Part shown: positions 56,777 to 64,000 of the stretch, one piece after another
How the letters are laid out: every line of letters starts with the position of its first letter
Numbering within the stretch: position 1 is the stretch's first letter
Assembly (NCBI GenBank): GCA_021811325.1
Contig: JAJZPE010000001.1
Location: 9,049 to 73,048, forward strand
Length of the DNA stretch: 64,000 nt
Source: Bacillota bacterium
GTDB taxonomy: Bacteria > Bacillota > Sulfobacillia > JAJYWN01 > JAJZPE01
Reading direction: 5' to 3'
Program-made: the position numbers and the translations under genes
Notes under the pieces: model-generated
Seen by the model: the letters and a program-made list of their open reading frames with translations, nothing else
Database searches by the model: none
What the model was told of the DNA's origin: nothing

Positions 56777-57715
56777 ATGAAAATCCTTGCCCTGGGGGTC
56801 AAGCCCAGCCACCTCGGGGCCGCCCGGCAGGTGGCCCCGGACGCCCACTTCGTCCACGTCGAGACCAAAGAAGAGGCCGAGGCGAACATCGCCGACGCCG
56901 AAATCCTTGTCAGCTGGGGGCGCCTGATGACCCCCGAACTCATCGCCAAGGCTCATAAACTGGCCTGGATCCACGTCTTTTCGGCTGGCGTCGACCGCCT
57001 CATCTCCCCGGCCATGCTGGCCAGCCCGGCGGTGCTGACCAACTCCCGCGGCGCCCACGCCATTCCCATGGCCGAGCACGTCATGGGCCTGATCCTGGCC
57101 TTCGAGCGCGGGCTACCGGCCCTCCTGCAGCAGCAGAAGGAGCGCCGCTGGAACCCGCTCAAGCTCCGCGAGGTCTACGGGAGCACCCTCGGCCTAGTCG
57201 GCTACGGCGGCATCGGCCGCGAGGTCGCCAGGCGGGCCCGGGGCTTCGGGATGAAGATAGTCGCCGTCAGGAAGCACCCGGCCGCCGAGGAAGGGGTCGA
57301 GATCTGGGCGCTGGAGCGGCTCGACGACCTTTTCGCCGCCTCCGACCACGTCGTGGCCAGCATCCCCCTGACGGACGAAAGCCGCCACCTCATCGGCGAG
57401 CGGCAGTTCCGGGCGATGAAACCGACAGCCTACTTCTTCAACCTGGGGCGGGGCCCGGTCGTCGACGAGGAGGCCCTCATCGCCGCCCTTAGGGAGAAGC
57501 GCCTGGCCGGCGCCGGGCTGGACGTCTTCGAGACGGAGCCCCTGCCGGCCGACAGCCCGCTCTGGGACCTGCCGAACGTCATCGTCTCCCCGCACACCTC
57601 GGCCAGCTCACCACGGCAGCAGGAGCGGGTCGTGGCCGTCTTTGCGGAGAACCTCAGGCGCTTCCTGGCCGGGCAACCCCTCATCAACGTGGTCGACAAG
57701 GCCGCCGGCTACTGA
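56777..57715 (+). CDS. D-isomer-specific 2-hydroxyacid dehydrogenase (NAD-binding)
   Basis: 'LGLVGYGGIGREVARRARGFGMKIVAV' NAD Rossmann, 'NLGRGPVVDEEAL', 'LDVFETEP' signature; ATG 56777 (table ORF start upstream is spurious). Confidence 0.88.
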   Translation: MKILALGVKPSHLGAARQVAPDAHFVHVETKEEAEANIADAEILVSWGRLMTPELIAKAHKLAWIHVFSAGVDRLISPAMLASPAVLTNSRGAHAIPMAEHVMGLILAFERGLPALLQQQKERRWNPLKLREVYGSTLGLVGYGGIGREVARRARGFGMKIVAVRKHPAAEEGVEIWALERLDDLFAASDHVVASIPLTDESRHLIGERQFRAMKPTAYFFNLGRGPVVDEEALIAALREKRLAGAGLDVFETEPLPADSPLWDLPNVIVSPHTSASSPRQQERVVAVFAENLRRFLAGQPLINVVDKAAGY

Positions 57716-58488
57716 CCCTCGTCCTCAGGCCTGGCCCCGCTCAGTCCCGGCCCCGCTCGCGCCTGGCCCCGGTTGGCCATGGCCCGGTCGTACTCGGTCC
57801 GCAAGAGCTTGAAGTCCTCCCACACCGGGCGCTTCTTGGTCTCGTCGCGGAGCAGGGCGGCCGGGTGGTAGGTCGGAAGCAGGCGGTGGCCGCGGCGCTC
57901 CACCCAGCGCCCGCGGATCTGGGTGATCCGGGCCTCCGGGGCGATCATGGCCTGGGCCGCCGAGGCTCCCAGCAGGACCAGGAAAAGCGGGTCAATCAGC
58001 CTCACCTGGGCGTCCAACCAGGGTCGGCAGGCCTCGCGCTCCTGGGGTTGCGGGACGCGGTTCCCCGGGGGCCGGCACTTGACGACGTTGGTGATGTAAA
58101 CCTCATCCCGGGTGAAGCTGACCGAGGCCAGGATGCGGTCGAGCAGTTTTCCGGCCGGCCCCACGAACGGCCGTCCCAGCTCGTCCTCGACCCCGCCGGG
58201 GCCCTCGCCGACGAACATGACGGCCGCCCTGGGGTTGCCCTCGCCGAAGACCACCCCGCGGCAACCCGTGCGCAGCGCGCAACGGCGGCAGTCGACGCCC
58301 AGGCGGGCCAGTTCGCCCAGGTCGGCGATGGAGTCGTAGGGCGACGGCGACAGGGGCAGGACGGTCTGCCCGGGCAGCTCCGGCTCGACCGTGGGCGCCG
58401 CCTCGAGAGCGGCCGCGAGCGGCGCGGCCGGCGGCGGGGCGAAGTCGAAAAACAACTGGCCCGGGTCGGTCACCGGGCCTTTGTTCAT
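57709..58488 (-). CDS. uracil-DNA glycosylase, family 4 (Fe-S containing)
   Basis: 'CRRCALRTGCRGVVFGEGNPRAAVMFVGEGPG' and 'PFVGPAGKLL...ITNVVKCRPPGNR' are family-4 UDG motifs. ATG 58488 is the likely start. Confidence 0.88.
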   Translation of the reverse strand: MNKGPVTDPGQLFFDFAPPPAAPLAAALEAAPTVEPELPGQTVLPLSPSPYDSIADLGELARLGVDCRRCALRTGCRGVVFGEGNPRAAVMFVGEGPGGVEDELGRPFVGPAGKLLDRILASVSFTRDEVYITNVVKCRPPGNRVPQPQEREACRPWLDAQVRLIDPLFLVLLGASAAQAMIAPEARITQIRGRWVERRGHRLLPTYHPAALLRDETKKRPVWEDFKLLRTEYDRAMANRGQARAGPGLSGARPEDEGQ

Positions 58489-58640
58489 GTCCCCAGCCGC
58501 GCCCCTGCCCTCGGGTCGCGCCGTCTTATCTGGACCGGTCCTGCCCGGACCTCTCTTCCCCGGCACCGGCGACGCCCCCCCTTTGGAAACGATGGTTCGC
58601 ACCTTCCCCTGGAAACTCCTTTTCGAAAGGAGCTGCGCCC

Positions 58641-59618
58641 TTGAAGATAGCCTGCACCGCCTGCGATTACGCCGCTCCCGTCGAAAAGGCCGTCGAGCGG
58701 GTGTCCCTGGGCGAGGGCGGCACCCCCCTGATCCACCTGAACCGGCTCGGCCGGCGCCAGGGCCTGCCCAACCTCTTCCTCAAGTACGAAGGGGCCAACC
58801 CGACCGGGTCGTTCAAGGACCGCGGCACGGCGGTCGCCCTGACCCAGGCCCTGCGGGCCGGCTACACCCGGGTCGGCACCGTCTCCAGCGGCAACATGGC
58901 CGCCTCGGTGGCCGCCTACGCGGCCCGGGCCGGCCTGGAAGGGCACATCCTGGTCCCGGCCCATCTGCGGCCGGAGAAGGTCTTCACCATCGCCGTCTAT
59001 GGGCCCAAGCTCTACCGGGTCGAGGGCGACTACAGCCTGCTCTATCGCAAGGCCCTGGCCATCGGGCGCGAGCGCGGCATCTTCTTCGCCGTCTCCGACG
59101 ACCCCTTCCGCGTCGAGGGCCAGAAGACCACGGCCTACGAGGTCGTCCGCGACCTCGCCCGCCTGGGCCTGGCCCCGACCCACGTCTTCAACCCGACCAG
59201 CGCCGGCGGCCACACGGCCGGGCTCCTCAAAGGATTCGAGGAGATGGCCGAGTACCGGGCCATCGCCGAGAAGCCGGCGGTCGTCGCCGTCCAGGCCGTC
59301 GGCTGCTCGCCCATGGCCACCGCCTTCGCCCGCGGCGAGACCAGGGTCACCCGGGTCGAGCGCCCTGAAACGGAGGCCCACGCCATCCAGAACCCCTTCC
59401 CGCCCAGCGGCAACCGGGTCCTCCGGGCCCTGTCCCGGGCCGGCCGCGGGGCCGCCGTGGCCGTCGCCGACGAGGCCATGCGCCGGGCCCAGCTCGCCCT
59501 GGCTTCCGAGGAAGGCTTCTTCGTCCAGATGGAGTCAGCCGCCTCGCGCATCCCTTGGCAGACTGTTCCAGAAGACGTCCGGCTGGATGAACCAACAGCT
59601 AGGGGACCAAGGGGATGA
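58641..59618 (+). CDS. PLP-dependent threonine synthase-like enzyme (TrpB/ThrC fold)
   Basis: 'GGTPLIHLNRL...NLFLKYEGANPTGSFKDRG' is a PLP-lysine motif of the ThrC family. At 325 aa it is shorter than typical ThrC, with a divergent C-terminus. Confidence 0.75.
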   Translation: MKIACTACDYAAPVEKAVERVSLGEGGTPLIHLNRLGRRQGLPNLFLKYEGANPTGSFKDRGTAVALTQALRAGYTRVGTVSSGNMAASVAAYAARAGLEGHILVPAHLRPEKVFTIAVYGPKLYRVEGDYSLLYRKALAIGRERGIFFAVSDDPFRVEGQKTTAYEVVRDLARLGLAPTHVFNPTSAGGHTAGLLKGFEEMAEYRAIAEKPAVVAVQAVGCSPMATAFARGETRVTRVERPETEAHAIQNPFPPSGNRVLRALSRAGRGAAVAVADEAMRRAQLALASEEGFFVQMESAASRIPWQTVPEDVRLDEPTARGPRG

Positions 59619-59654
59619 CGATACCCGGCGTTCAAGAACCTAAAGGGCGCGGGC

Positions 59655-59852
59655 TTGCCGGTCTGGGTGGCCGTAGCCCTTCTCGTGGTGCGCCTGGGTG
59701 GGAGACCAATGGCTGGGCTTTTCATCCGCCTGGGGCAATCGGCCCTCATCCTGGTTCCCCTTGCCCTGGTCATCTGGGCCGCAACAGTGGTCAGTCGCAA
59801 GTTCGCGAGACGCAAGGCTCCTCCTCAAGATGGCCCGGGGAAACCCGCGTGA
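59655..59852 (+). CDS. small hypothetical membrane protein (65 aa)
   Basis: Two hydrophobic segments 'VWVAVALLVVRL' and 'ALILVPLALVIWAATVV'; weak evidence, no clear RBS. Confidence 0.3.
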   Translation: MPVWVAVALLVVRLGGRPMAGLFIRLGQSALILVPLALVIWAATVVSRKFARRKAPPQDGPGKPA

Positions 59853-59988
59853 CGAGGACAAGAAAGGCCCGGGCAGTCGCACGCCCGGGCTTCTTCTCGG
59901 TATTGGCTATCGTTGCCGTCTCGATGGTCCAGCCATTCTGGCTCTCAGGCCTTACGGCTGTCGGCCTCTTGGCCCCCGGCCTGAGTCG

Positions 59989-61146
59989 CTAGGCCCGGTA
60001 CACGACCTTCCCGCCGACGATGGTCGCCGCCACCGTGCTCCTCAGTTCGAACGGGTGGCCGGTCCACAGGACCAGGTCGGCGTCCTTCTTCTCCTCGATG
60101 CTGCCGAGCCGGTCGCCGACGCCGCAGATGTCGGCGGCGTTGATGGTCACGGCCTTGAGGGCGTCGTCCTCGTCCATGCCCTCGCGGATGGCCATGCCCG
60201 CGGCGATGGTCAGGTACTGGACCGGGATGACCGGGTGGTCGGTCATCAGGGCCACCTTGACCCCGGCCCTGGCCAGGATGCCCGGGGTCTTCAGGCTGCG
60301 GTCGCGGGTCTCCACCTTGGACCGGTGGCTGAGGGTCGGCCCGACGATGCAGGCGATGCCCCGCTTGGCCAGTTCGTCGGCGATCTTGTGGCCCTCAGTG
60401 CAGTGCTCGATGGTCATCAGGAGGCCGAACTCCTCGGCGATGCGCAGGGCGGTCAGAATGTCGTCGGCCCGGTGGGCGTGGGTCCGCAGCGGGTACTCGC
60501 GCCTGAGCACGCGGACGATGGCCTCCATCTTCAGGTCGCGGTCCGGGGCCTTGTCCGGGTCGTCCTTGGCCTTCTCCAGTTTCCGCATGTAGTTCTGGGC
60601 CTTGGTCAGGGCCTCGCGCAGCACCGCCGCCGTCCCCATGCGGGTCGACGGCATCTTCTTCTGCTGCGAGTAGACCCGCTTCGGGTTCTCGCCGAAGGCG
60701 GCCTTGAGCCCCCACGGCGACCGCAGGGCCATGGCGTCCATGGTCTTGCCGTAGGTGTGCATGGTCACGCCCTCGCCGCCGATGACGTTGCCGCTGCCCG
60801 GGGCCGACCAGATGGTCGTCACGCCGCCCTCGACCGCATCCTTCAGGCCCTGGTCCTCGGGGTTGATGGCGTCGATCGCCCGGACCTGGGCGGTGACCGG
60901 GTCGGTCATTTCGTTGACATCGTTGCCCTCCCAGCCGAAGCCCTCTTCCCAGATGGCCACGTGGGCGTGGGCGTCGATGAGACCCGGGGTCAGGACCTTG
61001 CCCGTCCCGTCGATGACCTCGCTCTTCTCGGGGATGGGGACGCGCGTCCCGACCTTGACGATCCGGCCGCGGTCGATGAGGACGGTGCCCTTGTCGATGA
61101 TCCCGCCCGTCACCGTATAGACCTTGGCTCCCTTGATTGCCAGCAT
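59989..61146 (-). CDS. metal-dependent amidohydrolase family protein
   Basis: 'LTPGLIDAHAHV' HxH motif, later 'HCTEGH', 'DHPV' and 'GSIEEKKDADLVLW' motifs of the amidohydrolase superfamily; ATG 61146. Confidence 0.82.
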   Translation of the reverse strand: MLAIKGAKVYTVTGGIIDKGTVLIDRGRIVKVGTRVPIPEKSEVIDGTGKVLTPGLIDAHAHVAIWEEGFGWEGNDVNEMTDPVTAQVRAIDAINPEDQGLKDAVEGGVTTIWSAPGSGNVIGGEGVTMHTYGKTMDAMALRSPWGLKAAFGENPKRVYSQQKKMPSTRMGTAAVLREALTKAQNYMRKLEKAKDDPDKAPDRDLKMEAIVRVLRREYPLRTHAHRADDILTALRIAEEFGLLMTIEHCTEGHKIADELAKRGIACIVGPTLSHRSKVETRDRSLKTPGILARAGVKVALMTDHPVIPVQYLTIAAGMAIREGMDEDDALKAVTINAADICGVGDRLGSIEEKKDADLVLWTGHPFELRSTVAATIVGGKVVYRA

Positions 61147-61225
61147 TGGCTGCAGCCGCCTTTCGCCTGTGGGATTGGTGTGATTGCGCAAAGGTGCGGG
61201 CGAGACGCCCGCACCTTCTTCACCG

Positions 61226-62347
61226 TCAACCCTCGATGATCTCGACGTTGGCCCGCGGCACGGTGACCACGCGGCCGTCCTCGAGCTTGCAGCGGAGGAT
61301 GCGCACCTTCGCCTCGGTCTCGATGACCTGCAGCTCCGGCGGCAGGTCGACGACCTCAGCCAGGACGCCGAAGTAGGGCTCGCGGATGACCCGGATGGGG
61401 GTCCCGGGGACCAGGCCCTCGCTGGTCGTGTCGGCCGCTACCCGCCCGGCCGGCTTGTGCTCGGGGACGATGATCTCCGGGCGCATGACGCCGGCGCGGA
61501 TCTGGGTGGCGCCGTTGATCGAAGCCACCTCTCCGTCGATGTGCTTGAAGAGGTTGAAGGTCTTGTCGGCCATTTTTATCTGGCCGAAGCCCTCGGTGAC
61601 GATGACCGTGATCGGGATGTCTTCGTGGCCGGTGATGGCCACACCGATGTCGTATCCCAAGAGGGCGATGAGGTCGGCGTCGATGATGCCGCCGGCGACC
61701 ACGCCGGCCGCGCCCACCTCGATGGCCTTCTTCAGGGCGGCCCCGGTGACCAGGGAACCGCCGACGATGATCTGGCCCTTGCAGTCCGGGCTGAAGGACG
61801 AGGCGTCAAGGACGTCGTTGGGGGTCTTGGCGACCAGCTTGATCTGGCCCTGGACCTCCCCGCCGACACCGAAGATGCCCTGGATGAAGGCGGCCGGCGT
61901 CTCGATGATGACTCCCTCGCGGGGCAGGATCTCCACGACCTTGCCCTTGATGTAGGCCTTTACCTGAACCGGGATGGGCGGCTCGCGCAGGGTGACCTGG
62001 CCGGTCACGCCGGAGATGAGCTCGACCGAGCCGTCGATGGGCGACTTCAGTTCGCGCTTGGAGAGGCCGAAGAAGGACGACGACTTGGCCAGGGCCTCGC
62101 CCTTGGCGATCTTATCGCCCGGCTTCTTGACCATGTAACGGGGGACGTCCTCGGCCTCGCAGGCAAGGTCGTGGGCCACGTTGACCGAGACCGGGTTGCC
62201 GGGGAGGTCCGTCTTGGCCACCACGTCGTCCGGGTTGACCATCTCACCCACCTTGACCAGCACGTCGCCAAGGAGCGGCAGGCGCCGGATCTTCCGGATG
62301 GTGGTCTGCTCGGTGACCTTCAGGCCGGGTGTATAGGCATGGGCCAT
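61226..62347 (-). CDS. conserved hypothetical protein (373 aa), partner of downstream GlmL-like gene
   Basis: Non-repetitive, high-GC3 ORF with Gly-rich beta-strand-like repeats 'GGSLVTGAALKKAIEVGAAGVVAGGIIDADLIALLGYDIGVAITGHEDIPITVIVTEGFG'; no confidently recognisable family from sequence alone. Confidence 0.5.
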   Translation of the reverse strand: MAHAYTPGLKVTEQTTIRKIRRLPLLGDVLVKVGEMVNPDDVVAKTDLPGNPVSVNVAHDLACEAEDVPRYMVKKPGDKIAKGEALAKSSSFFGLSKRELKSPIDGSVELISGVTGQVTLREPPIPVQVKAYIKGKVVEILPREGVIIETPAAFIQGIFGVGGEVQGQIKLVAKTPNDVLDASSFSPDCKGQIIVGGSLVTGAALKKAIEVGAAGVVAGGIIDADLIALLGYDIGVAITGHEDIPITVIVTEGFGQIKMADKTFNLFKHIDGEVASINGATQIRAGVMRPEIIVPEHKPAGRVAADTTSEGLVPGTPIRVIREPYFGVLAEVVDLPPELQVIETEAKVRILRCKLEDGRVVTVPRANVEIIEG

Positions 62348-62364
62348 GGCTGTTTCCCCTCCCC

Positions 62365-63903
62365 TTACTTCGAGGCGTACCGCGCCAGGACTTCGCGCGG
62401 GTACACGTCGAGGCTTTCAATCCACTCGAGGAGTTTCTTCATCCTTGTCGCCTTGTCTGTGGGCAGGCCGAAGGGCTGCCGGCCGCGGGCATCGACGATC
62501 ACCCCGACCACGCCGCCAATGATCTTTTGGGTGACATTCCGCCCCTTCCCGGCGCCCACGTCGAAATTGCGGGTCGGCTGGATCTGGAACTCGGCCGACT
62601 GCCCCTCGCCGAGAGGGATGAGCCGCATCTTGCCGTAGTGGACCTCCTCGGTCACCTCACGGCCATCGGGCAACGTGCCCTTGACGATGACCGCGTGTTC
62701 ACCTTCGCGGCCGTGACCGACCGGGGCGATGGACGTCCCCAGGCGGATCAGGCAGTCGCGGTCGAAGACCTGGGCCGAGGCCTGCGGGTGGACCGTCGAG
62801 AGCACGCCGAGCTGCGGCATCATGAAGATGGAGTCGACCGCCAGCTGGGTCACGCCCTCCGGCTGGAAGGCATCGAGCATCATCAGGGCCGACTGGACCC
62901 GACGCGGGGCGTGCGAGAGGACGCCGCCCGAGCCGATGAGCATGCCCAGCTTCATCAGGTCGATGTGGGACTGGCCGGTGAGGGTCTGGTCGAAGGCCGC
63001 GCCGAGGTCCCGGACCTGCTGGATGCCGCGGAGGCCGACGGCCAGGCTCTTGTGGTGGATGAACGCCAGGCGCAGGGCCTCGCGGGAGATGGCCTGCTCG
63101 ATGACCAGTTCGTCGAGGGTCTGGGGGATCGTCGTCGGCCTGATCATCTTGTTCCGGATGCGGTTGCGCAGGTCGGCTTCGGCGATGTCGAAGGGGACCC
63201 AGCGCATGATGTTGGCCACCCCGGCCTCGAGGAGCACGTTACAGATGGAGTAGCTCATCCCGAGGTTGGCCGAGACGGTCCGGTTGAAGAGCTCGTACTC
63301 CTCGCCGAAGACCGAGAAGACGTCGGTGGTGGCGCCGCCGATGTCCACCCCGACGACCGACATCTTGTGCTCCTTGGCCGCGTTCTGCATGCCGAGGCCC
63401 ACGGCGCCCGGGGTCGGCATGATCGGCACCGCGGTCCACTTCATCAGCTTGTCATAACCCGGAGCCTGGGCCATGACGTGCTCCATGAAGAGGTTGTGGA
63501 TCTCCTCACGGGCCGGCCCGAGGACTTCCTTCTCCAGCACCGGGCGGATGTTATCGACCATCCGAAGGTCGGTCTTCTCCCCCAGGATCTTGGACACGTA
63601 ACCGCGGGCGTCTTTGTTCCCCGCATAGATGATCGGCAGCTTGAAGCCGATGCCCAGGCGCGGCTTCGGCTCGGCGGCCGAGATGAGTTCGGCGATCTGG
63701 GCGACGTGGGTGACGGTCCCGCCGTCGATGCCCCCGGAGAGGAGGATCATGTCCGGCCTGAGGTGCCTGATCCGCTGGATCCTCTGGTACGGCAGGCGTC
63801 CGTCGTCGATGGAGATGACGTCCATGACGATGGCCCCGGCCCCGAGGGCGGCGCGCTGCGCGCTTTCGGCGCTCATGATCTTGACCACGCCGGCGACCAT
63901 CAT
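62365..63903 (-). CDS. GlmL/MutL-like (glutamate mutase component L-like) ASKHA-fold protein; hydantoinase-A-like phosphate-binding motif
   Basis: 'MSVVGVDIGGATTDVFSV' is an ASKHA (actin/Hsp70/sugar-kinase) phosphate-1 motif. The ~512-aa length and layout resemble the GlmL/MutL family. The 5' end is close to the window edge. Confidence 0.5.
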   Translation of the reverse strand: MMVAGVVKIMSAESAQRAALGAGAIVMDVISIDDGRLPYQRIQRIRHLRPDMILLSGGIDGGTVTHVAQIAELISAAEPKPRLGIGFKLPIIYAGNKDARGYVSKILGEKTDLRMVDNIRPVLEKEVLGPAREEIHNLFMEHVMAQAPGYDKLMKWTAVPIMPTPGAVGLGMQNAAKEHKMSVVGVDIGGATTDVFSVFGEEYELFNRTVSANLGMSYSICNVLLEAGVANIMRWVPFDIAEADLRNRIRNKMIRPTTIPQTLDELVIEQAISREALRLAFIHHKSLAVGLRGIQQVRDLGAAFDQTLTGQSHIDLMKLGMLIGSGGVLSHAPRRVQSALMMLDAFQPEGVTQLAVDSIFMMPQLGVLSTVHPQASAQVFDRDCLIRLGTSIAPVGHGREGEHAVIVKGTLPDGREVTEEVHYGKMRLIPLGEGQSAEFQIQPTRNFDVGAGKGRNVTQKIIGGVVGVIVDARGRQPFGLPTDKATRMKKLLEWIESLDVYPREVLARYASK

Positions 63904-64000
63904 TTGCAGGCCGCCGCCGGCGCTCGACGTCGACAGGAAGATGTCGACGCCCGAACCGTCTGGCCGGCGTGGGTTGATGACGCCCTTGTCATCGAGGAAC

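Overview
This is a very GC-rich (~70%) 64-kb chromosomal segment, densely packed with mostly minus-strand operons. The gene content points to a high-GC endospore-forming Firmicute-like anaerobe (Symbiobacterium, Thermaerobacter or Limnochorda type): a gerA-B-C germinant-receptor operon, an SASP-like gene, butyrate-pathway thl-hbd-crt, fixCX, and an NAD-linked formate dehydrogenase.

Gene blocks, left to right:
(1) A long purine operon on the minus strand: hpt-guaA, then a textbook sigma70-like promoter, a 165-nt leader, and NCS2 purine permease-purE-purB-purC-purS-purQ-purL (purL is partial).
(2) A molybdenum/tungsten-cofactor supercluster on the minus strand: tupABC-like tungstate ABC uptake, then moeA2, a moeA-PBP fusion, moaA, moaC and a MOSC-MoaB fusion.
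(3) crt / small membrane protein / hbd / thiolase.
(4) A divergent hypothetical gene plus an XRE regulator.
(5) fdhD-nuoE-like-fdhA (Cys-type bis-MGD enzyme)-nuoF-like.
(6) The ger operon, preceded by a 55-aa two-TM ORF.
(7) fixC and fixX.
(8) An SASP-like gene.
(9) An FtsX-type ABC exporter (permease-ATPase-permease), a GNAT protein, and divergent tldD/tldE.
(10) murE.
(11) A NitT/TauT-type ABC system with a fused double permease and a split C-terminal accessory protein, next to guaB.
(12) A radical-SAM/PDZ/DUF512 gene coupled to a PAP2 phosphatase.
(13) tsaD-rimI-tsaB-tsaE-thiL.
(14) A 2-hydroxyacid dehydrogenase, family-4 UDG, a ThrC-like PLP enzyme, an amidohydrolase, and an unknown 373-aa protein paired with a GlmL/MutL-like ASKHA protein.

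No CRISPR arrays, IS elements, phage genes or rRNA/tRNA genes were seen. 4-nt ATGA/GTGA start/stop overlaps, consistent with translational coupling, occur at many gene junctions, and the long antisense ORFs in the six-frame track are GC-driven artefacts.

The most unusual observations, each needing experimental or database confirmation:
- The TM1 helix of the tungstate permease is encoded in frame with tupA across a single TGA, with no canonical start codon.
- A perfect 14-nt direct repeat sits upstream of a small Cys-containing HTH-like gene at the head of the tup operon.
- An AT-rich intergenic region next to tsaD holds a cluster of consensus DnaA boxes.
- Two domain fusions in the cofactor cluster: MOSC-MoaB and MoeA-PBP.
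- Structured leaders lie ahead of the pur and moeA blocks and match no canonical riboswitch I can recognise by eye.

No single novel system could be pinned down from sequence alone.
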